Source: an uncultured Chloroflexia bacterium | Lineage (GTDB): Bacteria > Chloroflexota > Limnocylindria > QHBO01 | Direction of reading: 5' to 3' | Assembly (NCBI GenBank): GCA_963827475.1 | Contig: CAWHAZ010000005.1 | Span: 992,001-1,056,000 of the forward strand | DNA: 64,000 nt | Shown here: positions 42,854-54,596 of the stretch, piece by piece | How positions within the stretch are numbered: position 1 is the stretch's first letter | How the letters are laid out: each line of letters starts with the position of its first letter | Translations under genes and position numbers: made by a program | Notes under the pieces: model-generated | What the model was told of the DNA's origin: nothing | Databases searched by the model: none | What the model saw: the letters and a program-made list of their open reading frames with translations, nothing else

Positions 42854-44094
42854 CGGCCCCTGCTCCGGTCGCGGAGCCGGCAGGCCGCTGGAGCCAGCTC
42901 GCGATCCTGGCGGCCGCGGTGCTGCTCGCCAGCTCCCCGTGGTTCAGCGGCTCGGCCGTCGCGCCGAGCCTGACCGCGGAGTGGGGCCTGTCCGGGCTCG
43001 ACACCGCCCTCCTGACCGTGGCCGTCCAGCTCGGGTTCGTGGTGGGAGCGCTCACCGTGGCGATCAGCGGCGCGGCCGACGTCCTGCCCGCGCGGTGGCT
43101 GATCGGAGTCGGCGCGGCGATCGCCGCCCTCGCCAACCTGGGATTCGCCCTCCTGGCCACCGACCTCGGCTCCGCCCTGCCGTGGCGGGCGCTCACCGGT
43201 TTCGGGGTCGCGGCCGTCTATCCGGTGGCGCTGCGGCACCTCGCGGGATGGTTCCGCGCCCAGCGAGGCCTCGCCGTCGGGGTGCTGGTGGGGGCGATCA
43301 CCGGCGGCGCCTCGCTTCCCCACCTGTTCCGAGCCATCGGCGCCACGTCGGCGGTGGACTGGCAGCCGGTGGTCATCGCCGCCTCGGTCGCCACCGTGAT
43401 CGGTGGGGTCATCGGTTTGGTCGGCGTGCGCGAGGGACCGCTGCACATCGGCGCCCAGCGCTTCTCGATGCAGCTCGCGGCCAGCGCGTTCCGCGAGCAC
43501 TCCGTCCGGCTCGCGAACCTCGGCTACCTCGGGCACATGTGGGAGCTGTACGCGATGTGGACCTGGGTGCCGGCGTTCCTGGCCGCCTCGTTCCTCGCGT
43601 TCGGCACGGAAGACCCGGCCCTCGCGTCCGCGGCCGCCTTCCTGATCGTCGCGGCCGGGGCGGTGGGGTGCGTCGTGGCCGGTGCCCTCGCCGACCGGGT
43701 CGGGCGAACAACGCTGACCATCGCCGCCATGGCGGGGAGCGGCGCCTGTGCCGTGCTCATCGGCCTGCTGTTCGGGGCGGCGCCCGCGTTGACCGTGGCC
43801 CTGGGCCTGGTGTGGGGGGTGACCGTGGTGGCGGACTCGGCCCAGTTCTCGACCGCGGTGAGCGAGCTCTCCCCGCCGGGCACCGCGGGGTCCGCGCTCG
43901 CGCTCCAGACGGCGAGTGGCTTCCTGCTGACCGGGATCACGATCCTGGGGATCGGGCTCCTCGCTCCGGTCACCGGGGCGACATGGCAGGTGGCGTTCGC
44001 GTTGCTCGCGATCGGCCCGGCGCTGGGAATCGTGGCCATGTGGCGCCTGCGGCAGCGGCCGGAGGCGGTGAAGATGGCCGGGGGAAACCGCTAG
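42850..44094 (+). CDS. MFS transporter
   Basis: About 12 TM helices, GYLGHMWELYAMW, LADRVGR, ADSAQFS. Confidence 0.93.
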   Translation: MTAPAPVAEPAGRWSQLAILAAAVLLASSPWFSGSAVAPSLTAEWGLSGLDTALLTVAVQLGFVVGALTVAISGAADVLPARWLIGVGAAIAALANLGFALLATDLGSALPWRALTGFGVAAVYPVALRHLAGWFRAQRGLAVGVLVGAITGGASLPHLFRAIGATSAVDWQPVVIAASVATVIGGVIGLVGVREGPLHIGAQRFSMQLAASAFREHSVRLANLGYLGHMWELYAMWTWVPAFLAASFLAFGTEDPALASAAAFLIVAAGAVGCVVAGALADRVGRTTLTIAAMAGSGACAVLIGLLFGAAPALTVALGLVWGVTVVADSAQFSTAVSELSPPGTAGSALALQTASGFLLTGITILGIGLLAPVTGATWQVAFALLAIGPALGIVAMWRLRQRPEAVKMAGGNR

Positions 44095-45317
44095 GCGGCG
44101 CTCGCCTCCGGCTCCTGTTCCGCGGTCGCGGCGCGGGAACGGTAGCCCACGAGCAGCAGCACGAGACCCACCCCGGCGATGACGGCCGACACCACGAAGG
44201 TCACCGGGTAGCCCGCGCCGTTGGCCACCAACCCGAGGGTGATCGGCGCCACGCCGAACCCGAGGTCGATGAAGGCGCTCGTGGTCCCGATCAGGGTCCC
44301 GCGCTCGAGGGCCGGGATGCCGACCTGGGCCATGGTCAGGATGGCCGGCGGGAAGAAGGCGACGCCCAGCGCCATGACGATGGTGCCCGCGTACAGCCCG
44401 ACCGGGCTGCCGACCGCGCCCATGACCACGAGCCCGGCGATGATGAACACGAGCGCGGCGCCGGCCAGCCGACGTCCGCCGAATCGGTCCGGCGCCCACG
44501 GCATCAGGGCGCGGATGACGATCACGATGCCCGCGTAGAGGAGGAAGAGCGGGGCGACGCCCGCGAGGCCGAGCTCCTGCCCATAGGGCTTGGCGAACAC
44601 GAAGAAGCCGGCCATCCCCCACGTCCCGGCCAGCACGATGAAGCCCGGCAGCACGCCACGCGGGTGGATGAGCCGGTACCGGCCCGGCTGCCCGACGGCT
44701 TCGGCACTGCCCTCCACCGGCCGCGTTTCCGGCACCCGCAGACCGATGACGATGGCGACCACCGCCAGCGCGGCTGCCGTCGCCCAGGCCAGCGCGAATC
44801 GGTCCTCGCCGAGGACGAGCTCACCGATGAACGGGCCGATCGCGATTCCGGCGTACAGCGAGAGCGAGATCAGGCTCAGGGCCTCTCCGCGACGGTCCTC
44901 CGGGGTGAGGTCACTGGCCATGGTGAACGCGGCCACGAAGAACGCGGCCTCCGAGATCCCCATCACCAGCCGCATCACGATGAGCATCTCGACGGAGGAG
45001 ACGAGGATATGGCCGAGCATGGCGACCACCAGCAGGACCGCTCCCCCGAGCAGGAGCGGCCGGCGGCCGCGACGGTCGGCGAAGGTGCCGGACCACGGTC
45101 GCAGGAGGAGGGCGGTCACGCTGAAGGCGCCGAAGACGAGGCCGAGGGCGGCCGCGTCGCCACCGAGCGGACCGGCGACGAACACCGGGTAGATGGGCAG
45201 GGTCAGGCCGTCGGCCACGAAGTAGAGCAGGCTGGCCGCCGCCACCGCCAGGAAGGGCCCGGTCATGATCCGGGGCCGGGCGGCCTGGGCTTCGGCCAGC
45301 GGATCGGTCATCGACAT
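44091..45317 (-). CDS. MFS transporter
   Basis: GTFADRRGRR motif A, PEDRRGEA, about 12 TM helices. Confidence 0.93.
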   Translation of the reverse strand: MSMTDPLAEAQAARPRIMTGPFLAVAAASLLYFVADGLTLPIYPVFVAGPLGGDAAALGLVFGAFSVTALLLRPWSGTFADRRGRRPLLLGGAVLLVVAMLGHILVSSVEMLIVMRLVMGISEAAFFVAAFTMASDLTPEDRRGEALSLISLSLYAGIAIGPFIGELVLGEDRFALAWATAAALAVVAIVIGLRVPETRPVEGSAEAVGQPGRYRLIHPRGVLPGFIVLAGTWGMAGFFVFAKPYGQELGLAGVAPLFLLYAGIVIVIRALMPWAPDRFGGRRLAGAALVFIIAGLVVMGAVGSPVGLYAGTIVMALGVAFFPPAILTMAQVGIPALERGTLIGTTSAFIDLGFGVAPITLGLVANGAGYPVTFVVSAVIAGVGLVLLLVGYRSRAATAEQEPEASAA

Positions 45318-45346
45318 GGGTCGGGGCAGTCTAGACTCCCGACCGA

Positions 45347-46018
45347 ATGTCCGGCCCAAACCCCGAGCCCTGCCCGTGCCCGCCCGAAGCGCCGAAGAGC
45401 GATGCGCAGCGCATCGGTGAGCATTTCGACGACCGCTTCCAGGACTGGGAGCCGATTGGGCCCGAGGCGACGGACATGATGTTCAGCTGGCTCCAGGAGG
45501 CGGGGCTCGCCGGGTCCACGCTCATGGATCTCGGCTGTGGCTCGGGGGAGTTCCTCGTCCGCGCGCTCGAAGCGGGCGCGACGCGGGCCACCGGCGCCGA
45601 TCTATCGTCGGAGGCGATCGCCCTCGCGTCGGAGCTGGTCGAGGAGGCGGGCCTCACCGATCGCGCGGACCTGTGGGTCGGCGACGCGGCGGTCGAGCCG
45701 CTCGATCCGCACGACGTGGTCGTGCTCGACAAGGTGATCTGCTGCTACCCGGACGCGGATGCGCTCATCGCCCGCTCCACCGGCGCCGCGCGCCGCCTCT
45801 ATGCGTTCGCGATGCCGGAGTCCCGGGGCTTCTGGGGCCTGCTCGCGCGCACCCGGTGGTTCGTCTTCGGCCTGTGGGAGCGGCTCCAGGGAGATCCGTT
45901 GCCCCGGTTCATCCACGATCGGGCAGAGGTCGAGGCCAAGGTCCGCGCCGCGGGTTTCCAGCCGATTCGGACTGGCCGGCAGTTCGTCTGGTTCGTCGGG
46001 GTCTACGCCCGGACCTGA
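45347..46018 (+). CDS. Class I SAM-dependent methyltransferase
   Basis: LMDLGCGSG motif I, DVVVLDKVICCYPD. Confidence 0.9.
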   Translation: MSGPNPEPCPCPPEAPKSDAQRIGEHFDDRFQDWEPIGPEATDMMFSWLQEAGLAGSTLMDLGCGSGEFLVRALEAGATRATGADLSSEAIALASELVEEAGLTDRADLWVGDAAVEPLDPHDVVVLDKVICCYPDADALIARSTGAARRLYAFAMPESRGFWGLLARTRWFVFGLWERLQGDPLPRFIHDRAEVEAKVRAAGFQPIRTGRQFVWFVGVYART

Positions 46019-46027
46019 CTGACGCGA

Positions 46028-46270
46028 CTAGGCCAGCGTCTCCTCGTGCGACCAGCGGTACACGGCCGTGCCGACGGTGATCAGCATCAGGGCCAGTGCG
46101 ACGAGGACGCCCTCGGCCAACGGTCGGGCGTCGGTTGCGGCGGACGCTTCCGCGCCCGTGCTCAGGGCGGGCACGATGGCGAACGCGGCGGTCAGGTACA
46201 GGGCGGCGACGAGGGCTCGCGTCACGATCCGGGCCGCCATCCGGCCGATCTGCTTGGGCGTGGTGTTCAT
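46028..46270 (-). CDS. Small two-helix membrane protein
   Basis: Two hydrophobic segments; start ATG 46270. Confidence 0.6.
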   Translation of the reverse strand: MNTTPKQIGRMAARIVTRALVAALYLTAAFAIVPALSTGAEASAATDARPLAEGVLVALALMLITVGTAVYRWSHEETLA

Positions 46271-46353
46271 GGCCGGGAGTGTCGGGCCCGATGCATCGCA
46301 ATCCGACACCACCGCGCCGATCCTGGCGGCTACAGATGCGTATCAGCTCCGCT

Positions 46354-48966
<2,613 letters not shown>

Positions 48967-49074
48967 GGCCCGATGGTAGCGCGTGTAGTGGCGGCCGCCC
49001 CTGCGTGCGGTCACCCGCCAAGGCTGAGGTCCATCGAAGACCAGTCGCATGGGAGGGCCCGTGCCATGAACATG

Positions 49075-49120
49075 TTTCGTGCTAAGAGACCGAGCGCCAC
49101 CCTAATGCGTTAGCACGAAA
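49075..49120. repeat. Perfect 11-bp inverted repeat with 24-nt spacer
   Basis: TTTCGTGCTAA (49075-49085) and TTAGCACGAAA (49110-49120). Confidence 0.7.
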
Positions 49121-49155
49121 TCCGTCCATACCGACCCCCAGCGTCGTCTCGACGC

Positions 49156-49447
49156 CTACCACTCGCTGGAACGGCGGCGCCTCGCCTCGTCATTCAGGTC
49201 GCGGGGACGGATCGGCCGGGGGAATCGCGGCCTGGGGAGGCGCCGCCGGCGGGCCGAAGGAGGCACTCCGGCGTACTCGGCGAGGTGGTCCTCGAGAACA
49301 GCGTTGATCGAAGTTCCTTCTCGGCGTGCGCCGCCAGTCGGCTCGAAGGAGAACGAGGTACTCAACCTTGATGGTCAGATTCGACAGGGGGAGCCTTCGG
49401 TTTGGCTCTGCGAACATCCGAGCGAGTACATCATCGGCATCTGACAC
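49156..49447 (-). CDS. Ribbon-helix-helix antitoxin-like protein, DUF6364-like (frameshift near 49340)
   Basis: SNLTIKVEYLVLLRA joined to ARREGTSINAVLEDHLAEYAG; TAGCCT 6 nt before GTG 49447. Confidence 0.6.
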
Positions 49448-49496
49448 GCGCGGAGGCTACGGCCCAGCCGTGCGGCGAGCGCTTACCGCTCGGTGA

Positions 49497-52106
49497 TCAG
49501 AGGCGCTCGAGGCCCGCGTAGGAGCCGAGGAGGCGGCGGACGCCCTGGCCGGCGAACGCGACCGTGACCTCCTCGTCGCCGCTGACCCACTGGGAGCTCA
49601 CGACGATGCCGTCGCCGAAACGGCGGTGCCGGACCTTGTCGCCCGCCCGCCAGGCGAGCTCGGTGGGATTGGCGTCGGCGTCCGCCGATCCGTTGCCGTG
49701 GTGGCCGAACGTGCCGGACCCGAGGTCGACGTCGGGAAGGGCCGGTCGGTCGGGGACGGACAGGTCGGGCAGGCGCTCGGGGCGAAGCGGCTCGAGGCCG
49801 GGGCGGACGCGGCCCCAGATAGCTCGGCGAGGAGCTCGACTCGTCGTCCAGGCCACCGCCCCGCCAGGACGGGGCGCCGGACCAGGTCGCGCCCGATCCG
49901 CGTGGCTCGCGCCGGGCACGGGAACCGGCCTCGTCGCGGACCCAACCCAGCCCGGTCGGGCCCGCGGCGGCCGGCGCCGACCTCGAGCAGGTCCTCGGGG
50001 AGGTCGGCGAGGAAGCGGGAGGGCTCGACCTCGACGCCGCCACTCCCCCACGCCGAGCGGTGCCGGGCGTGGACGAGGTACAGCCGGTCCTTGGCCCGGG
50101 TCATGCCGACGTACGTCAGGCGGCGCTCCTCCTCGAGCTCGCGCTCGTCGTCGAGGGCCCGGGCATACGGCAGCAGCCCCTCCTCCAGCCCGACCATGAA
50201 CACAACGGGAAACTCGAGGCCCTTCGCCGCGTGCAGCGTGATCAGGGTCACGCGCTCGGGACGCTCCTCGAGGGTGTCCTGGTCCGAGACGAGCGCCACT
50301 TCCTCGAGGAAGCGGGCAAGGCCCTCGGGCGCGCGCAATCTCGTCGAACTCCGCCGCGTGGTTCCGCAGCTCGACCAGGTTCGCCCAGCGCTCCGTCCCC
50401 TCCTCGGTCCCGTCCTCCAGCACGGCCCGCAGCCCGCTTCGCTCGAGGGACGCCTCCAGGACCGATGAGGCAGGCTCCGCGGCGGCAATCGCGGCCAGGC
50501 CGCGGACGAGCTCGGCGAAGCCGGCGAGGGACGTCCGTGCCCGCGTCGCGAGGTTGGCGTTCGACTCGGCGGCCTCGACCGCCCCCCACAGCGTCCCGCC
50601 CCGGGCATCGGCCCAGGCCCGCAGCTCGGACACGGTCTTGTCCCCAATGCCGCGGGTCGGGACGTTGATCACCCGCTCCAGCGCGACACGGTCGCCGGGG
50701 TTGCGGGCCAGCCGGGCGTAGGCCAGGGCGTCCTTCACCTCGCGCCGCTCGTAGAACCGGACCCCGCCCACCAGCTGGTACGGGATCCCGAACCGCATGA
50801 ACGCCTCCTCCAGGACGCGGCTCTGGGCGTTGACCCGGTAGGCGACCGCGATGTCGCCGAAGCGCATCGGTCCGGACGCGCCGGCCGCCGCCGTCGGGGC
50901 GTCGGCCTTGCCTCCCTCGTCATCGGTCCCGTCGTCATCGGTCCCGTCGTCCGGCCCGTCCTCCGCCCGAGTCGTCAGCAGCGAGGCCCAGCCCCGTCGC
51001 CGATCCGCCGACGAGGCCAGCCGCTCGACCTGGCGCGCGACGAACTCCGCCTCCTCGTACTCGTTGTAGGCATCGAACACCTGGACCGCGGCCCCCGCTC
51101 CGCGATCGGTCCACAGCCGCTTGTCCTTGCGACCCTCGACCCGGGAGACGACCGCGTGGGCGGCGTCGAGGATCGTCTGGGTGGATCGGTAGTTCTGCTC
51201 GAGCTTGACGACCTTCGCGTCTGGCCAGTCCCGCTCGAAGTCGAGGATGTTCCGCAGGTCGGCCCCGCGCCAGGAGTAGATGCTCTGGTCGTCGTCTCCC
51301 ACCACGGCCAGGTTGTGGTGGACCGCGGCGAGCAGGGCGCAGAGGCGGTACTGGGCGCGGTTGGTGTCCTGGTACTCGTCGACGAGGACGTACTGCCAGC
51401 GGCGCTGGTAGCGGGCCAGCACCTCGGGGTGCTGCTCGAACAGGAACACGACCCGCAGCAGCAGGTCGTCGAAGTCGGCCGCGTCGCTCTCGGCCAGGTC
51501 CCGCTGGTAGGCCTCATAGACCTGGGCCGCGGTCTCCTCCCAGAAGTTGTCCGCCTGCCGTTTGGCGGTGGCCGGGTCCGCCAGCTCGTCCTTGCGCTGA
51601 CCGATGAACGCGAGCAGGGCCGAGGGCGCGAACCGCTTGTCGTCGAGGTCCAGCCGCCGAATCGCCTCCTTGATGACCGCCAGCTGGTCGGCCCGGTCGT
51701 AGATCGTGAAGCTCGAGGTCAGACCGATGCGATCACCCTCGCGTCGCAGGATCCGGGCGCAGATCGAATGGAAGGTGCCGATCGTCGCCTCGCGGGTCGC
51801 CTCCGGACCGATGAGCCCCGCGATCCGGTCGCGCATCTCCCCGGCCGCCTTGTTCGTGAAGGTGACCGCCACGATCCGGTACGGGGGCACGCCGCTCGCG
51901 ACCAGGTGCGCGACCCGGTGGGCGAGGACCCGGGTCTTGCCGCTCCCCGCACCGGCCAGGATGAGCAGGGGTCCGTCGACGTGCTCCACCGCTTCCCGCT
52001 GGGGCGGGTTCAGGGCGGCGAGAATCGCCTCGGTGGTCGGTGGTATCGCGCGCTCGGGTGGATTCTTCGCCGGTGATTCCACCCGCGGAGCGGGCTTGCG
52101 GGGCAT
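49497..52106 (-). CDS. pcrA: PcrA/UvrD superfamily 1 DNA helicase (frameshifts near 50335 and 49985)
   Basis: [55 protein letters not shown]-terminal Tudor-like VRHRRFGDG. Confidence 0.96.
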   Translation of the reverse strand: MPRKPAPRVESPAKNPPERAIPPTTEAILAALNPPQREAVEHVDGPLLILAGAGSGKTRVLAHRVAHLVASGVPPYRIVAVTFTNKAAGEMRDRIAGLIGPEATREATIGTFHSICARILRREGDRIGLTSSFTIYDRADQLAVIKEAIRRLDLDDKRFAPSALLAFIGQRKDELADPATAKRQADNFWEETAAQVYEAYQRDLAESDAADFDDLLLRVVFLFEQHPEVLARYQRRWQYVLVDEYQDTNRAQYRLCALLAAVHHNLAVVGDDDQSIYSWRGADLRNILDFERDWPDAKVVKLEQNYRSTQTILDAAHAVVSRVEGRKDKRLWTDRGAGAAVQVFDAYNEYEEAEFVARQVERLASSADRRRGWASLLTTRAEDGPDDGTDDDGTDDEGGKADAPTAAAGASGPMRFGDIAVAYRVNAQSRVLEEAFMRFGIPYQLVGGVRFYERREVKDALAYARLARNPGDRVALERVINVPTRGIGDKTVSELRAWADARGGTLWGAVEAAESNANLATRARTSLAGFAELVRGLAAIAAAEPASSVLEASLERSGLRAVLEDGTEEGTERWANLVELRNHAAEFDEIARARGPCPLPRGSGARLGPGHPRGASRARDPDHAARGEGPRVSRCVHGRAGGGAAAVCPGPRRRARARGGAPPDVRRHDPGQGPAVPRPRPAPLGVGEWRRRGRALPLPRRPPRGPARGRRRPPRARPGWVGSATRPVPVPGASHADRARPGPAPRPGGAVAWTTSRAPRRAIWGRVRPGLEPLRPERLPDLSVPDRPALPDVDLGSGTFGHHGNGSADADANPTELAWRAGDKVRHRRFGDGIVVSSQWVSGDEEVTVAFAGQGVRRLLGSYAGLERL
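50917..50951. repeat. In-frame 15-bp tandem repeat (2.3 copies) in pcrA
   Basis: TCGTCATCGGTCCCG x2 + TCGTC, encoding DDGTD repeats. Confidence 0.8.
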
Positions 52107-52140
52107 AGCCCGATTCTAGCCGCGGCCCGCGGCGAGCCCG

Positions 52141-52557
52141 TTACTCGGTGAGCTCAGCGCAGGCGGTGTACGTCTCCCAGTCATTCGACGAGGCGTGCAG
52201 GTTGAGCGCGAACTCGCCTGTGAACAGGTCTTCCAGGCTGGCCTCGATCTCGGTTTCGGACGAGCCGTCGACCACGTTGGCCAGCGGGTACGTCGGCTGC
52301 GGCACGAGGTCGGTACAGGTGCCGGGGTGGATGTGCGCGGGCATGTCGGGATACTCCCCGGGCTCGACCTCGACCTCGACCCGGGTCGTCCCGTCCCCGA
52401 GATCGGTCAGCACCGCGGTACCGGTCACCTCGGAGTCGTTGAGCGTCTCGAGCTCGACGGTGCGCGTCGACTCCTGGGCCCCACTGCAGGCGGTGGCGAC
52501 GAAGAGGAGGATGGCGAGGCCGAGGACCGGGGCGGAGGCGGGTCGGCGCACTCTCAC
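52141..52557 (-). CDS. Lipoprotein with CHRD/Cu-Zn SOD-like fold
   Basis: Lipobox ATAC, PAHIHPGTC, LNLHAS and C-terminal AC. Confidence 0.7.
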   Translation of the reverse strand: MRVRRPASAPVLGLAILLFVATACSGAQESTRTVELETLNDSEVTGTAVLTDLGDGTTRVEVEVEPGEYPDMPAHIHPGTCTDLVPQPTYPLANVVDGSSETEIEASLEDLFTGEFALNLHASSNDWETYTACAELTE

Positions 52558-54476
52558 GGGCGCAGCGTAGCCGATGGCCCCGCGGCCGGATGGGCATGGG
52601 ACCCCAGCGACGCGCGCTCCGGCGTGGGCGTCCACCCGGACGCGAGACGCCGGCGCATGGCGGTCACGAAGGCCATGGCCAGCTCCGGGTCGAGCTGGTT
52701 GCCCGCCGCCTGGGCCATGCGGGCCAGCGCGTCCTCCGGGCTGAGGGCCTTGCGGTACGGGCGGGTCGTGGTCATCGCCGAGTAGGCATCGGCCACGGCG
52801 AGGATGCGGGCCAGGCGGGGGATGGCCTCGCCCCGTAGCCCGTCGAGGTACCCGGTGCCGTCCCAGCGTTCGTGGTGGTGGCGCACCCCGGCCCGGACCT
52901 CGGCCAACTGCGGGACGGCGCCGACGATGGCGTCGCCCAGGGCCACGTGTTGCTTGACGATGTCGAACTCCGCGTCGTTGAGTGGCGCAGGCTTGCGGAG
53001 GATCGCGTCGGGGATCCCGATCTTGCCGATGTCGTGGAGCAGGCCGGCGAGCCGCAGCAGGCGGCGTTCCTCATCGGAAAGGCGCAGCTCATCGGCCAGG
53101 AACAGGGCATGGCCGGTGACGTCCTCCGAGTGCGACCGGGTGTAGTGGTCCTTGGTGTCGACCGAGACGAGGAGACCCTCGAACACGCCGAACACCGTGT
53201 TCTGGGCTGCCAGCGAGCCGATGGTCGCCTGGTCGGCGACTTTGGTGGCCTGCCCGCCCGACGTCTTCGCTTCGCGGAGGGCGGCCTCGGCGACAGCGAG
53301 CAGGTCGAGGGCATTGCGGCCGTCCTGCGGAACACGCGCCACGCCGATCGAGACGCTCAACGGCAGGCGCTCCGAATCTCCGAAGCGCAGGTCGACCTCG
53401 GCGAGCGCGGCCCTCAGGGCCGTCAGCGTGCTGAAGAGCTGGTCTTCATCCACGAAGCAGGCGAGAAGGAACTCATCGGGGCCGAAGCGACCATACAGCT
53501 GACCCGGCTGAGCGATGCCGGCCACCACGGCTGCGGTCTTTCGGAGGGCCTCGTCGCCGGCCCGATGGCCGTGACCCGCGTTCAGCAGGCGGAAGTTGTC
53601 GATGTCGAGGAGCGCGATCGCCCCGCGCGGTTCGGACCGGTCGAGATGGCGGTTCAGCTCCTCGAGCAGGAAGCCGTGGTTCGCCAGTCCCGTCAGCCCG
53701 TCGCGCACCGCCCGCTCGCGGAGGAGCCGGTTCTGGCGGGCGAGGAGGCGTGACGCGCCGGCGAACGAGAGCCACAGGACCGCGAACAGGATGCCGGCGG
53801 CGGCCAGCGCAAGGACGAGGACATCACCGCGGGTCTGGACCACCAGCAGCTCGATTGGTCGCGCGTCCTGATAGACCTCGAACACGCCGATCGGCGTGCC
53901 GTCCACCGCCCCCCGAATCGGGACGTACAGCTCGAGGAACGGATCGGGGAGGGCGTCGGCGCCGGGGACGTCACCAGCTTCGTCGTCCGCCTCGGCCCCG
54001 TACTCGGCGATCGAGGTGTTTGCGAACGCGCGGGCCAGGTTCGGACCAATGTCGAAGCGCCGGCCGCGCAGCGCCGGGTCGGACGAGTAGACCGCACGTC
54101 CGTCCCGCGACCAGACGATGATCCGGCTCATCTCACCGCCCTGGACCAGGCGGGCGAGCTGGTCGTCGAGCTCATCACTGAGCGCCACGTTCATGTCCAG
54201 GGCGTTGGCGTCGACCGCGGGATCGAGGTTGGTGCGGACGATCGCCTCGGCGTGCTGGAGCGCGGCCTCGACGGCGAGTTCGCGGAGCCGCTCAGCGAAC
54301 AGGTTGGCGCTGACCACCGCGGTGGCGACCACGATCGCGACGCCGCCGAGCGTGACCCAGATCCGCAGACCCGGCCGCCAGATCGAGGCGGCGCCGTTCA
54401 AGCGGCGCGCGTAGGGCAGATCGATCGGGTCAGGCGGCAGCGTGCCGCCGGTGCCCGTCTCCTCCCGGATGGCCAT
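52554..54476 (-). CDS. Membrane sensor GGDEF + HD-GYP protein
   Basis: Two TM helices flanking a sensor domain; DGLTGL, GRFGPDEF; LHDIGK, HHERWDGTGYL, VADAYSAM. Confidence 0.93.
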   Translation of the reverse strand: MAIREETGTGGTLPPDPIDLPYARRLNGAASIWRPGLRIWVTLGGVAIVVATAVVSANLFAERLRELAVEAALQHAEAIVRTNLDPAVDANALDMNVALSDELDDQLARLVQGGEMSRIIVWSRDGRAVYSSDPALRGRRFDIGPNLARAFANTSIAEYGAEADDEAGDVPGADALPDPFLELYVPIRGAVDGTPIGVFEVYQDARPIELLVVQTRGDVLVLALAAAGILFAVLWLSFAGASRLLARQNRLLRERAVRDGLTGLANHGFLLEELNRHLDRSEPRGAIALLDIDNFRLLNAGHGHRAGDEALRKTAAVVAGIAQPGQLYGRFGPDEFLLACFVDEDQLFSTLTALRAALAEVDLRFGDSERLPLSVSIGVARVPQDGRNALDLLAVAEAALREAKTSGGQATKVADQATIGSLAAQNTVFGVFEGLLVSVDTKDHYTRSHSEDVTGHALFLADELRLSDEERRLLRLAGLLHDIGKIGIPDAILRKPAPLNDAEFDIVKQHVALGDAIVGAVPQLAEVRAGVRHHHERWDGTGYLDGLRGEAIPRLARILAVADAYSAMTTTRPYRKALSPEDALARMAQAAGNQLDPELAMAFVTAMRRRLASGWTPTPERASLGSHAHPAAGPSATLRP

Positions 54477-54596
54477 CGGACCGACCCTAACCAGACCAAT
54501 CCGGGACCTGAATAGCCCGTAGGTACCGCGATTTGTGCCGCGGGCTCGCGATTTCGCGACAGCAGAGGTGTCATAGGGACGTTCCACGCTGCGGGC

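Noticed and set aside
45347-46018. BchM-like methyltransferase as evidence of phototrophy
   Set aside because: Only generic SAM motifs; no bch or puf genes nearby.
49075-49120. Second CIRCE element
   Set aside because: Half-sites are in reverse order with a 24-nt spacer and no chaperone gene follows.
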